DNA of 64,000 nucleotides from an uncultured delta proteobacterium (GTDB lineage Bacteria; Myxococcota_A; Polyangia; Haliangiales; Haliangiaceae), in contig CAWKDB010000010.1 of assembly GCA_963848295.1 (NCBI GenBank), forward strand, positions 3,616,001 to 3,680,000. The letters are read 5' to 3'. The notes beneath the pieces were generated by a model that saw only the letters and a program-made list of their open reading frames with translations, was not told the DNA's origin and did no database searches. Below, one piece after another: positions 48,901 to 59,112 of this stretch. Each line of letters begins with the position of its first letter. Position 1 is the first letter of the stretch. Made by a program: the position numbers and the translations under genes.

Positions 48901-50202
48901 CTACTCGACGCGCGTCCCGATGCGATCCCAGTCGGGCGCACCGTCGTGCCAGCTCCACCAGATCGCGACGACGCGGCCGAGGACGTCGGCGCGACTGACC
49001 GGACCGGTGATTCGGCTATCGAGCGAGTTGTGACGGTTGTCGCCCACGACGAACAACTGATCCGCCCCGACGGTCCACGGTCCGCCGCCACGCGGCCCTC
49101 CGGTGATCACCGTCGTGTAGCTGCGCGCGCCGAGATGCTCGCGGAGCTCGACGCCCGTCACGTGCTCGACCGGCCCATCCTCGAGGGTGTCGGTATAGGT
49201 GAACGCCTTCGCCATCTCCTCGGTCGGTAGGGGTACGCCGTCGATCGCGATTCCCGCGTCGGACTCGGTGATCGTCTGACCGGCGACCCCGAGGACGCGC
49301 TTGGCATACTCGCGATCCTCGCGACGGTAGACCACGACGTCACCTGGTGCGATCGCGCCTGCGAGCGCACCCTTGGCGGCGAACACGTGGTCGCCTTGCA
49401 CGAGGGTCGGCACCATCGACGTCGACGGCATGCGAAAGGCTTCGAGCAGTGTTTGGCGCAGCGCTACTAGCGCGGTGGCTTGCTCGGTGCCGTCCGGGAA
49501 GCTCGCGACAAGCGTGCCGGCGTCGTTGCGGAACCTCGCGTTGCCGAGCGCCGGGGTCGTCGCGCTCTGCGCCTTGATTGCCGCGACCACGGCAGCCGCG
49601 GCGCCCGCGAAGCCAGCGCCGCCGACCTTGATCTCGTACGCGTCGCCGAGCTCGATCTCGACGTCGATCGGTTTGGCCGTGGTCCCGAGCCGCTCGACGG
49701 CACAACTATCGCGGTGACATCGTGCGGCGAGCTCGGTAGCCGCGACCCGCCCAGCGTCGGCCTGCGTTGGATCGACCTTGTACTGGACCGCTATGCCACC
49801 TGGACGATCGCGCAGTACGAGCCCGAGCGCGGTCAGGGCGGCGAGCTTGTCGCGACCGATCACGCACGTCACGGAGGCGACCGAGATGGCACCGTCGATC
49901 TCACCGGCGATGCGCAACGGCTCGCCGACCGCGACGCGAATGCTCGCGAGCTTGTCGAGCTCGATCCCGCAGTCCGAGAGCGACTCGCCGAATATCGGCC
50001 GCACGATTGGCTCGAGCTCGGCAAGCACGGCGCGCACCTTCGGTTGCGAGGCCGAGAGCCGCGCATACGCGCGTGGCTTGGCGCCGACTGCGCCGAGCAA
50101 TTGCGCGGCATCCGCCGCGACCTGCGCCGGGCTCGATGCGTGATCTGCGGCCGGCTTCCCGCTGCATGCCGCAATCGCGAGCGCCAGCGCGGCCGTGCGC
50201 AT
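48901..50202 (-). CDS. lepB: Signal peptidase I (S26) with large N-terminal lipoprotein domain
   Basis: AIAA-C lipobox; PSTSMVPTL (Ser), YAKRVLG (Lys), GDNRHNSLDSR; coupled to the proS stop. Confidence 0.85.
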   Translation of the reverse strand: MRTAALALAIAACSGKPAADHASSPAQVAADAAQLLGAVGAKPRAYARLSASQPKVRAVLAELEPIVRPIFGESLSDCGIELDKLASIRVAVGEPLRIAGEIDGAISVASVTCVIGRDKLAALTALGLVLRDRPGGIAVQYKVDPTQADAGRVAATELAARCHRDSCAVERLGTTAKPIDVEIELGDAYEIKVGGAGFAGAAAAVVAAIKAQSATTPALGNARFRNDAGTLVASFPDGTEQATALVALRQTLLEAFRMPSTSMVPTLVQGDHVFAAKGALAGAIAPGDVVVYRREDREYAKRVLGVAGQTITESDAGIAIDGVPLPTEEMAKAFTYTDTLEDGPVEHVTGVELREHLGARSYTTVITGGPRGGGPWTVGADQLFVVGDNRHNSLDSRITGPVSRADVLGRVVAIWWSWHDGAPDWDRIGTRVE

Positions 50203-51734
50203 CAGTACGACTTGGCCCACACGACCCGCTTCGCGCTCGGCTTGCCGGTGAACGGGCACGTGCCGGGCTCGCCGTCGCCGAGCGGGATGCAGCGCACGGT
50301 GACCTTGAGGTCGTCTTTGATCTGTTGCTCGAGCTCGGTCTCGCCGCTGAAGTGGGTCATCGCGAAGCCGGCGTGGATCGGCGTCGGATCGTTGTCTTTG
50401 TGTTTCTTCGGCTCGGCGAAGAATGCATAGAACTCGTCCTTCGTATCGATCGTCTTGGTGTGCTCCGTGCGATACGCGAGCGCGCGCGCGTACAGCGCAT
50501 CCTGCATGTCGCCCAAGATCGCGCCGATCGTGGCGACGAGCTCGCCGCGCCCGATCGACGCCTTCTCTTTGGGACCCTTGTCGCGCCGGCCCATGAACAC
50601 CGAGTCTTTGTCGATGTCGCGCGGTCCGATCTCGAGGCGCAGCGGCACGCCCTTCTTGATCCACTGCCACGACTTCACGCCGCCGCCGAGATCGCGCTTG
50701 TCGACCTCGATGCGCACCGGCGCTCCCGCGAACGATTGCGCGCGCAGCTCGGCCGCGAGCTTGTCGCAATATTCGAACACGCGAGCGCGATCCTCGGGCT
50801 TCTGAGCGACCGGCAAGATCACCGCATGCGACGGCGCGAGCTTCGGTGGGCACACCATCCCGTCGTCATCGGCGTGCGTCATGATCATGCCGCCGACGAG
50901 CCGCGTCGACACGCCCCACGAGGTCGTCCACGCGTAGGTCGGCACGTTCTTGTCGTCGGTGAACTGGATCCCGGAGGCCTTCGAGAAGTTCTGGCCGAGG
51001 AAGTGCGACGTGCCTGCTTGCAGCGCCTTGCGATCTTGCATCATCGCTTCGATGCAGAACGTCTGGACCGCACCGGGGAAACGCTCGCCCGCGGTCTTCT
51101 CGCCCTGGATCACCGGCATCGCCATGTATTGCTCGGCGAACTCGGCGTAGACGCCGAGCATGCGCATCGTCTCCTCGATGGCTTCGCCCGAGCTCGCGTG
51201 CGCGGTGTGGCCCTCTTGCCAGAGGAACTCGGTCGTGCGCAGGAACAGCCGGGTCCGCATCTCCCAGCGCACGACGTTCGCCCATTGATTGATCAGCAGC
51301 GGCAAGTCGCGATAGCTCTGCACCCACTTCGCGAACGACGCGCCGATGATCGTCTCCGATGTCGGCCGAACGACGAGTGGCTCCTCGAGCTCGCCGGTCG
51401 GCACGAGCTTGCCGTCCTTGAGCTCGAGCCGATGGTGGGTGACGACCGCGCACTCTTTCGCGAAGCCCTCGACGTGAGCCGCTTCTTTTTCGAGAAACGA
51501 CACCGGGATGAACAGCGGAAAGTACGCGTTCTGGTGCCCGGTCGCCTTGAACATACCGTCGAGCACACGCTGGATGTTTTCCCACAGCGCATAGCCCCAC
51601 GGCTTGATCACCATGCAGCCGCGGACGTCCGAGTTTTCGGCGAGGTCGGCGGCCTTGATGACCTCTTGGTACCAATCCTGGTAGTTGTCCGACCTGGTGG
51701 GTGTGATCGCGGTCTGGGGCTTGCCGTTCGACAT
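50202..51734 (-). CDS. proS: Prolyl-tRNA synthetase, archaeal/eukaryote-like type
   Basis: HVEGFAKE, RPTSET, NQWANVVRWE, FLWQEGHT, QAGTSH, TSWGVSTR; C-terminal ...AKSY. Confidence 0.96.
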   Translation of the reverse strand: MSNGKPQTAITPTRSDNYQDWYQEVIKAADLAENSDVRGCMVIKPWGYALWENIQRVLDGMFKATGHQNAYFPLFIPVSFLEKEAAHVEGFAKECAVVTHHRLELKDGKLVPTGELEEPLVVRPTSETIIGASFAKWVQSYRDLPLLINQWANVVRWEMRTRLFLRTTEFLWQEGHTAHASSGEAIEETMRMLGVYAEFAEQYMAMPVIQGEKTAGERFPGAVQTFCIEAMMQDRKALQAGTSHFLGQNFSKASGIQFTDDKNVPTYAWTTSWGVSTRLVGGMIMTHADDDGMVCPPKLAPSHAVILPVAQKPEDRARVFEYCDKLAAELRAQSFAGAPVRIEVDKRDLGGGVKSWQWIKKGVPLRLEIGPRDIDKDSVFMGRRDKGPKEKASIGRGELVATIGAILGDMQDALYARALAYRTEHTKTIDTKDEFYAFFAEPKKHKDNDPTPIHAGFAMTHFSGETELEQQIKDDLKVTVRCIPLGDGEPGTCPFTGKPSAKRVVWAKSY

Positions 51735-51763
51735 CGCGAGCGTGCATAGCACTGACGGCCGCG

Positions 51764-53698
51764 TTAAGGGCAGCGATCGGGAATCGTCTGCACGCCGCCG
51801 TCGCCTTTGTTCGCGAGATCGATGTCGAAGAACCATTGCTCGTCGGACAACCACGCGATGCGCGCGACGACATCGCGCGGCGTGCCGGTCGCGAGCGCTT
51901 GCTGCCACACGCCGGCGAACCGGCAGCGCGGGTGATGGATCAACTTCTTGTCGCACGAGTCGCTCGTGACGATGCGCGCGCTGACCTCGCGTGCGCCGAC
52001 CTCGACATGGACGCGGCACGGCAAGTCGACCGGCACGTTGCGCGGCACGTCGGCCGGATGCTTCGACCGCGACGGCGAGCGAAACTCGTATTCGCGATCC
52101 TGGCCATCCATCGTCAGATCGACGTGGCCGTCGGGGAACACCGGATCGAACTCGAAGCTCGTGAGCTGCGCGTCGGGCAGCAGCGTGCGCGCGAGTGCTT
52201 CGGCCTTGCTCAAGTACGCGATCGGATCGAAGTGCTTCGCGTCGTAATCGGCCGGTAGCGTCGCGGTGTCGCTCGCGGGTGGCGGCGTCGTCGGCGCGGT
52301 CGGTGGGGCAGACTGGCCGCCGAGGAATACGTTGTTGCCGATCGTGACGTTCTTGCCTATCACGACGCTCGGATCGGGGGCTGGCGTAGGCGACTTCGGC
52401 GCGGGCGCATGCGCCGGCGGCGCCGGTGGCGGCGTCGCAGGGGTCGGATCCGGCGTTGGCGTAGGCGTAGGCGATTTCGGGCTCGGGCTCGGATCGGGGG
52501 CTCCGCTCGGCGGTGCGGGCGCGACCGGCTCGTCGGCTTTCGCGACCTGGCTCGCGGTCGGCGCGTTATCGCCACGGCGAGTGACGAACGCTCCGATCCC
52601 GATCGCGAGCGCGACGACCGCGAGCGCGACGTAGATCCAGATGCGGCTGCGGGTCGACGTCGTCTTCGGCGCTACCGCGGCCGAACGATATCCGGGCGGC
52701 GTCTGCTGCGGCGTCGGCACGCGCTGCGTGACCACCCCGGTTCGCGTCGACAGCGTGATCCATTGCTCGGGCGGAATGCTCTGCGCCGCCGCGTTCATCG
52801 CGGTCGCCATCGCAGCTGCAGATTGGAAGCGCTGGTCCGGCTGCTTCGCCATCGCCTGCAAGATCACGCTCTCGAGCGCCGGCGGCAGATCCGGCCGGAC
52901 GACGCGCGGCGACGGCGGCGCGTGCTCGAGGTGGGCGCGCATGAGGTCGAACATCGTCGCGCCCGAGAATGGCTGCTCTCCGGTGACCGCTTCGAACAAC
53001 ACGACGCCGGCCGAATAGAGATCGGCGCGGGCATCGACGTTGCCCGAGCCGGTGATCTGCTCCGGCGCCATATAGGCTGGCGTGCCGAGCAGCGCGCCGG
53101 TTCGCGTCCGCGGCGACACGCCCTCGCGCAGCCCGGGCGCGAGCTTCGCGATGCCGAAGTCGAGCACCTTCGCGTGGCCCTCGCCGGTGACGAGCACGTT
53201 GTCGGGCTTGAGATCGCGATGGACGATGCCGATCGCGTGCGCGGCCGCCAGAGCCGACAGGATCTCGCCCATCACCTGCACGACGCCGCCGAGCGGCGCC
53301 CCGCCGCCGCGCACGAGCGACGACAGCGTCTGGCCCGGGATGAACTCCATCACGATGTAAGGCCGGCCGTCGGGCAGCCGCGCGAGATCGAGCACGCCGA
53401 CGATGTGCTCGTGTCGGATCAAGTTGACCGAGCGCGCCTCCGCGAAGAATCGGTCGAGCAGCTCGGCGCTGCGCGCGCACTCTTCCGACAACAGCTTGAT
53501 CGCGACGCGACTGCCGATCGCGGGATGAACCGCGAGATAGACGCGGCCCATGCCGCCTTCGCCGAGCAAGCGGGCGAGCCGGTAGCGATCGATCGTCGAA
53601 CCGAGCAGCGGATCGGTCGCCTCCGCCAGCGCGATGCCATCGGCAGGACACCAGCCCGGAGCGGCCGCGCTCTGTCCGCACTCGGGGCAGACGTGCAT
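51764..53698 (-). CDS. Transmembrane Ser/Thr protein kinase
   Basis: N-terminal CPECG..CPADG; GEGGMG, HRDLKPDN, DFG, YMAPEQ; TM, Pro-rich linker and extracellular domain. Confidence 0.93.
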   Translation of the reverse strand: MHVCPECGQSAAAPGWCPADGIALAEATDPLLGSTIDRYRLARLLGEGGMGRVYLAVHPAIGSRVAIKLLSEECARSAELLDRFFAEARSVNLIRHEHIVGVLDLARLPDGRPYIVMEFIPGQTLSSLVRGGGAPLGGVVQVMGEILSALAAAHAIGIVHRDLKPDNVLVTGEGHAKVLDFGIAKLAPGLREGVSPRTRTGALLGTPAYMAPEQITGSGNVDARADLYSAGVVLFEAVTGEQPFSGATMFDLMRAHLEHAPPSPRVVRPDLPPALESVILQAMAKQPDQRFQSAAAMATAMNAAAQSIPPEQWITLSTRTGVVTQRVPTPQQTPPGYRSAAVAPKTTSTRSRIWIYVALAVVALAIGIGAFVTRRGDNAPTASQVAKADEPVAPAPPSGAPDPSPSPKSPTPTPTPDPTPATPPPAPPAHAPAPKSPTPAPDPSVVIGKNVTIGNNVFLGGQSAPPTAPTTPPPASDTATLPADYDAKHFDPIAYLSKAEALARTLLPDAQLTSFEFDPVFPDGHVDLTMDGQDREYEFRSPSRSKHPADVPRNVPVDLPCRVHVEVGAREVSARIVTSDSCDKKLIHHPRCRFAGVWQQALATGTPRDVVARIAWLSDEQWFFDIDLANKGDGGVQTIPDRCP

Positions 53699-53788
53699 CG
53701 GCCCGACGGTAACACGCCCCTCGCACGCGACGCCGAAAAGCAAGCGCGCCCGCAGGTCCGAGCGCGCGTCGAGTCGACTTAGCTCAGC

Positions 53789-54478
53789 TCAGGCTGGCGT
53801 CATGCTCGCACCGCCGCCACCGTGCGTGCCGCCGCCGGCTTGCGCCGCGACTTCGGCGGCGAAGTCGGTCTTCTTCTTCTCGAGGCCTTCGCCGAGCTCG
53901 AACCGGACGAAGCGGCGGATCTTGATGTTCTCGCCGATCTTCGAGATCAGCTCGTGCTGGAGCTGCTCGATCGTCTTGTCCGGGTTCTTCACGAAGCTCT
54001 GCTCGAGGAGGCAGATCTCTTTGATCCACTTCGTGATCTGGCCATCGACCATCTTCGCGACGACCGGCTCCGGCTTGCCGCTCTCTTTGGCCTTCGCGAG
54101 CAACACGTCGCGCTCGCGGGCGATGACGTCTTCGCTGACCTCGTCCTTGCGGACGAAGAGCGGCGTCATCGCGGCGATCTGCATCGCGACGTCGCGCGTG
54201 AACGCCTGGAAGTCATCGTTGCGCGCGACGAAGTCGGTCTCGCAGTTGATCTCGACGAGCACGCCGATGCGGCCGCCGCCGTGGATGTACGAGACGACGA
54301 GACCCTCGGTCGCTTCGCGGCCGGCCTTCTTCGCCGCCTTCGCAAGGCCCTTCGTGCGCAGGTAGTCGATCGCCTTCTCCATGTCGCCGGCGCATTCGAC
54401 CAGCGCCTTCTTGCAATCAGACATGCCGGCGCCGGTGCGCTCGCGCAGCTCCTTGATCATGTTCGCAGTGATTTCCAC
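53789..54478 (-). CDS. tsf: Elongation factor Ts (short form)
   Basis: [37 protein letters not shown]; about 229 aa. Confidence 0.96.
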   Translation of the reverse strand: MEITANMIKELRERTGAGMSDCKKALVECAGDMEKAIDYLRTKGLAKAAKKAGREATEGLVVSYIHGGGRIGVLVEINCETDFVARNDDFQAFTRDVAMQIAAMTPLFVRKDEVSEDVIARERDVLLAKAKESGKPEPVVAKMVDGQITKWIKEICLLEQSFVKNPDKTIEQLQHELISKIGENIKIRRFVRFELGEGLEKKKTDFAAEVAAQAGGGTHGGGGASMTPA

Positions 54479-54483
54479 GGTCG

Positions 54484-55347
<864 letters not shown>

Positions 55348-55496
55348 TTGTCACTCCACCGTTGGTTGCCACCTGCACCGTCGTCGATCGCCGGAAACCA
55401 CGAAGGGCCACGGCCGGAGATCTCGGATGCAGTGAGAATTTCCTGGTTGATCCAGGAGCGAGGCGGTCTACCACGCGCTCGCGCACAGCGGCAAGG

Positions 55497-55522
55497 GAGC
55501 TGGCGGGCTCCGGCCCGCCGGT
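55497..55522. terminator. GC-rich hairpin, possible terminator, adjoining a family B repeat
   Basis: AGCTGGCGGGC-TCCG-GCCCGCCGGTT stem-loop; no clear U-tract. Confidence 0.4.
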
Positions 55523-55609
55523 TGTCAAAGTGAACACCGTCCCCAGGTAAGACTCAGTTATTATTGGTGTCCGTCGCCGGCTTCGGTTGACAAGTAGAAC
55601 ACCGTCCCC
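55520..55609 (-). repeat. Family B doublet: 55585-55609 and 55520-55544
   Basis: GGGGACGGTGTTCTACTTGTCAACC and GGGGACGGTGTTCACTTTGACAACC on the minus strand; 65-nt period. Confidence 0.92.
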
Positions 55610-56162
55610 CGTGGGCTTCAGTGGCGAGGGCCTTGGCCTCATCTTCGAGTTGGCCATGGCCGTGGGTCTCGCGCTCGTAGGCGGCGAGCGCTGCGAGCGG
55701 GTCGCCGACGCCGGTACGCAGTGCGGTGCGGGCGGCGTCGAGCAGCGAGATCTCTCGCGCGAGGGTCGGCGGTTTCGGAGCGGGCTGCAGGCGCGGCGCC
55801 GGTGGAGCAGGCGCGGTCGGCGCAGCGGTCGGCGCCGGCGCGACAACGCGTGGAGCGGGCGCGGGTACGGGCGCGGGCGCGGGTGCGGGCACGACGGGAG
55901 AAGAATGCGCAGGCGCCGATACGGGCGTGCTCGGCGAGGCGCGGACGGCGAGCGCGACGCCGATCGACGCGGTGCCGGCGACCGCCGCGACGATCATGAC
56001 TTTGACGATGCCGAGCGACGCCTTGACCGCGACGGCGGCACCCGCGCCACCCGCGGTCGTCGCGGCGATCCCCGTTCGCATGCGCGCGATCGTCGCCGGA
56101 TCGGGGGCGAGGCCTTTGCGAGCAGCGTCGAGCAGGGCCTGCACGGTGGGCTCGAACGTCAT
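55554..56162 (-). CDS. Probable membrane-bound anti-sigma factor; C-terminus encoded by repeat sequence
   Basis: TM segment, Pro-rich linker, [15 protein letters not shown]...AALAAY; ATGA-type overlap with the sigma gene. Confidence 0.72.
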   Translation of the reverse strand: MTFEPTVQALLDAARKGLAPDPATIARMRTGIAATTAGGAGAAVAVKASLGIVKVMIVAAVAGTASIGVALAVRASPSTPVSAPAHSSPVVPAPAPAPVPAPAPRVVAPAPTAAPTAPAPPAPRLQPAPKPPTLAREISLLDAARTALRTGVGDPLAALAAYERETHGHGQLEDEAKALATEAHGGRCSTCQPKPATDTNNN

Positions 56163-56686
56163 CGGGGGCTCCTAGCCTGCACGGCGGCGGCGAATGCTTC
56201 GCGGGCGAGGCGCAGCCGCGAGTACGCGGTGTTGAGGTTGAGATCGAGCATGCGCGCGACCTCCGGGATCGAGAGCTGCTCGAGCTCGACGAGCGCGAAC
56301 ACGACGCGCTTATCTTCGGTCATTCCGTCGAGGATCTCGGCGACGGTCGCCGCGGCCTGCGCGCGCGACAGCGCCGCGAACGTGTCGGCGCCGCCGGCCG
56401 GTTCGACCTCGAGCGGCTCGGTACGGCGAACGTCGTCGCGCCGGTGGCGCGCGAGCGCCGTGCGGCGGGTGATCTCGAACAGCCACGTCGTGATCGCGGC
56501 GCGGCCTTCGAACTGGGCCAACCGGCGGTGGACGACGACGAACACGTCTTGCACGACATCCTCCAACGCGGCGACCGGGACGCCGAACGTGCGCGCGATC
56601 CGCCACACGAACGCGACGTGCGCCGTGTAGACCTCATCGAAAGTGAGCGCGGGCTCCCCCATGTCGGCGCGCGCGGGTTGGGCCAT
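56159..56686 (-). CDS. ECF sigma-70 factor
   Basis: FVWRIAR...LEDVVQDVFVVV...TWLFEI; LSIPEVARMLDLNLNTAYSRLRLAR. Start is 56662 or 56686. Confidence 0.9.
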   Translation of the reverse strand: MAQPARADMGEPALTFDEVYTAHVAFVWRIARTFGVPVAALEDVVQDVFVVVHRRLAQFEGRAAITTWLFEITRRTALARHRRDDVRRTEPLEVEPAGGADTFAALSRAQAAATVAEILDGMTEDKRVVFALVELEQLSIPEVARMLDLNLNTAYSRLRLAREAFAAAVQARSPR

Positions 56687-56736
56687 CTCCGGCGTTCGTG
56701 TCGCGAGCGCCGCCGATCCGTCACGCCGACCGACGG

Positions 56737-57654
56737 CTACCATGCGAGCTCGACCCCGAGCGCCGCCCGAGCCGCCACCGGCGACGGCTGGTAGACCTCG
56801 GTCCCGTCGGCGAGCTGGAATCGCGCCCGTTCGAGCGCGGCGAGCGCCTCCACCGAGCCGACGATCGCGACGTTGCCGGTGGCGTGCCAAACGCCGGCGA
56901 CTCCCGCGCCGGTGCCGAGCCACGGGCTCGAGCCCTTGCGCTGGCCGATCGCCGACATGCCGGTGCCCTGCATCGATCCAAGCTCGGTCACCGCCCACAC
57001 GCGCAGCGGCAGCCCGGTCCATTGCCAACCGAGCCGCGCGGTCGCCGCGACGTACGCGATAGAGACTCAATCGACGACACCGTCGAGTTGCTCTGAGCCA
57101 TCGAGCCAGCGCGCGCCGCCGAGCTCGGCGAACCCGTTCTTGCGATGCAGGCTCGCGACGAGCTCGCCGCCGAACCCGACGCCGGGCACGACGCCGACCG
57201 TGCCGAGCGTCGACACGCGCGCGCCGAACGTCCAGGCGCGGCGATGCGGATGCGGAGACGCCGCGGCAGGCACGGCGACGAGATCATCGGCGACCTCGGC
57301 GGGAGGGACGACCGCGACCTCGGGCGGGCGCTTGTCGACCGCGACGCGCGCGACGATCACCGCGATCGCCTCGGCGATCTCTCCGCACGTCGCCGCGCGC
57401 AGCCGGCGGATCTCACCGGACGGCAGCGCGAGCTCGGCGGTGTAGCCGTTCGCGGTGCGCTCGATCGCGGCGGTCACCTCATCGAGGTCGATCGTATCGA
57501 GCGATTCACCGCGCCGGCGCTCGATCCGATGGCGCTCGCCGGCGGCGTCGGGACACCCTGCGGGAGCGTCCCAGCGCATCGGCTCGGCGGTGGCGCGTGA
57601 CGAGAGTGTGAGCGCGACGACGGTCACCGCCAGGCGCGCGCGCGTGGTCGCCAT
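56737..57654 (-). pseudogene. Secreted/outer-membrane protein gene interrupted by one in-frame TGA at 57067-57069
   Basis: The same frame continues ...GVVD*VSIAYVAATARLGWQW...ARAALGVELAW; 306 codons in total. Confidence 0.72.
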
Positions 57655-57735
57655 CCGGTGATGACACGCGTTGACGGCGTGGGTTGCAAGCGAGAAATTG
57701 TGACGGATTTGCGGCGCTCGTCGCACCCACGGACC

Positions 57736-59088
57736 ATGCGCACCACAATCACGTTCATCGTCGCGCTCGCCGCGATCGCCGGATGTCAGCACGACGTGAC
57801 GCTAAGCGTCGCGTCGATCACGAAGAAGATCCCCGAGACCCGGGACCTCGATCTGCTGTTCGTGATCGACGACTCGGGGTCGACCAGCGACAAGCAGGTC
57901 GCGTTTGCGAATAACTTCTCGACGTTCGTCACCGCGCTCGATGCGTTCCCCGCCGGCCGGCCGAACCTCCACATCGGCGTCGTGTCGACCTCGATCGCGA
58001 TCGGCAGCGACGACGACGCGACGTTCGGGCAGGCGTGTACGGCGAGCCCCGGCGAGGACGGCCTCTTGCAGAACACCGCGCGCGTCAGCGGCTGCGCCGC
58101 GCCGAACGGCCAGTTCATCAGCGACATCGCGCTCGCGGACGGCACGCGCGTGACGAACTACACCGGCACCCTCGCCGATACGCTCGCGTGCATCGGCGAG
58201 CTCGGCGAGGCAGGATGCGGCTTCGAGTCGCCGCTCGAGGCGATCAAGCGTGCTCTCGACGGCACACATCCGGAGAACGCTGGGTTCCTCCGCGACGACG
58301 CCGACCTCGGCATCGTGATCCTCACCGACGAGGACGATTGCTCCGCCGATCCATCCTTGTTCGGCCTGTCGGCCCACGACGGCGGGCCGGCGGACATGCG
58401 CTGCGCGATCTACGGCTACACCTGCGACCGGTCGATCGATCCGGCGCTGCCCGGAGCGTACGCGAGCTGCACGCCGACGCTCGGCGGTTATCTGCGCGAT
58501 CCGAGCTCGTATAGCGACTATCTCGCGACGCTCAAGGACCCGTCGCAGACCGTCGTCGCGGTGATCGGCGGCGACGTCACGAGCGGCATCCAGACCGGAT
58601 CGCTCACGATCGACGGTATCACTCAGTCGCTCGCGGTCGAGCCCTCGTGCACCGCGACGATCAACGGCAACCCCGCGGTCGCGCGCCCGGGCATCCGGCT
58701 CGGCGCATTCGCCGACTTGTTCGGCGACCACGGAATCTACGCGACCGTGTGTCAGTCCGACTACAGCGGCGCACTCACCTCGATCGGCGACAAGCTGTTC
58801 ACGATGATGAGCCCATGCCTCGAAGGCGAGGTCTCGACCGTCGACGTCGACGTGACGAACCCTGGCCTCCAGCCGGCGTGCACGGTGACCGAGGACGGCG
58901 TGAAGCTGCCGGCCTGCGCGATGCTCGATGATACGACGCCGGCTCCGAACAGCGCGCAGCCGTGCTGGTGGCTCGAGTCGGATCTCGCGAGCTGCGCCGG
59001 CACAGCGACCGGGCTCAGCCTGCAGATCGAGCGCGAAGCCGGGGCGCCGCCCGACGGGATGCTCACCGTCACCTGCGCGACGCCGTGA
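57736..59088 (+). CDS. vWA-like domain lipoprotein
   Basis: AIAG-C lipobox; DLLFVIDDSGS (MIDAS-like), GFLRDDADL, LTDEDDCS. Confidence 0.85.
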   Translation: MRTTITFIVALAAIAGCQHDVTLSVASITKKIPETRDLDLLFVIDDSGSTSDKQVAFANNFSTFVTALDAFPAGRPNLHIGVVSTSIAIGSDDDATFGQACTASPGEDGLLQNTARVSGCAAPNGQFISDIALADGTRVTNYTGTLADTLACIGELGEAGCGFESPLEAIKRALDGTHPENAGFLRDDADLGIVILTDEDDCSADPSLFGLSAHDGGPADMRCAIYGYTCDRSIDPALPGAYASCTPTLGGYLRDPSSYSDYLATLKDPSQTVVAVIGGDVTSGIQTGSLTIDGITQSLAVEPSCTATINGNPAVARPGIRLGAFADLFGDHGIYATVCQSDYSGALTSIGDKLFTMMSPCLEGEVSTVDVDVTNPGLQPACTVTEDGVKLPACAMLDDTTPAPNSAQPCWWLESDLASCAGTATGLSLQIEREAGAPPDGMLTVTCATP

Positions 59089-59112
59089 CCCGCGCTCGGG
59101 TATCGTGCGCGC

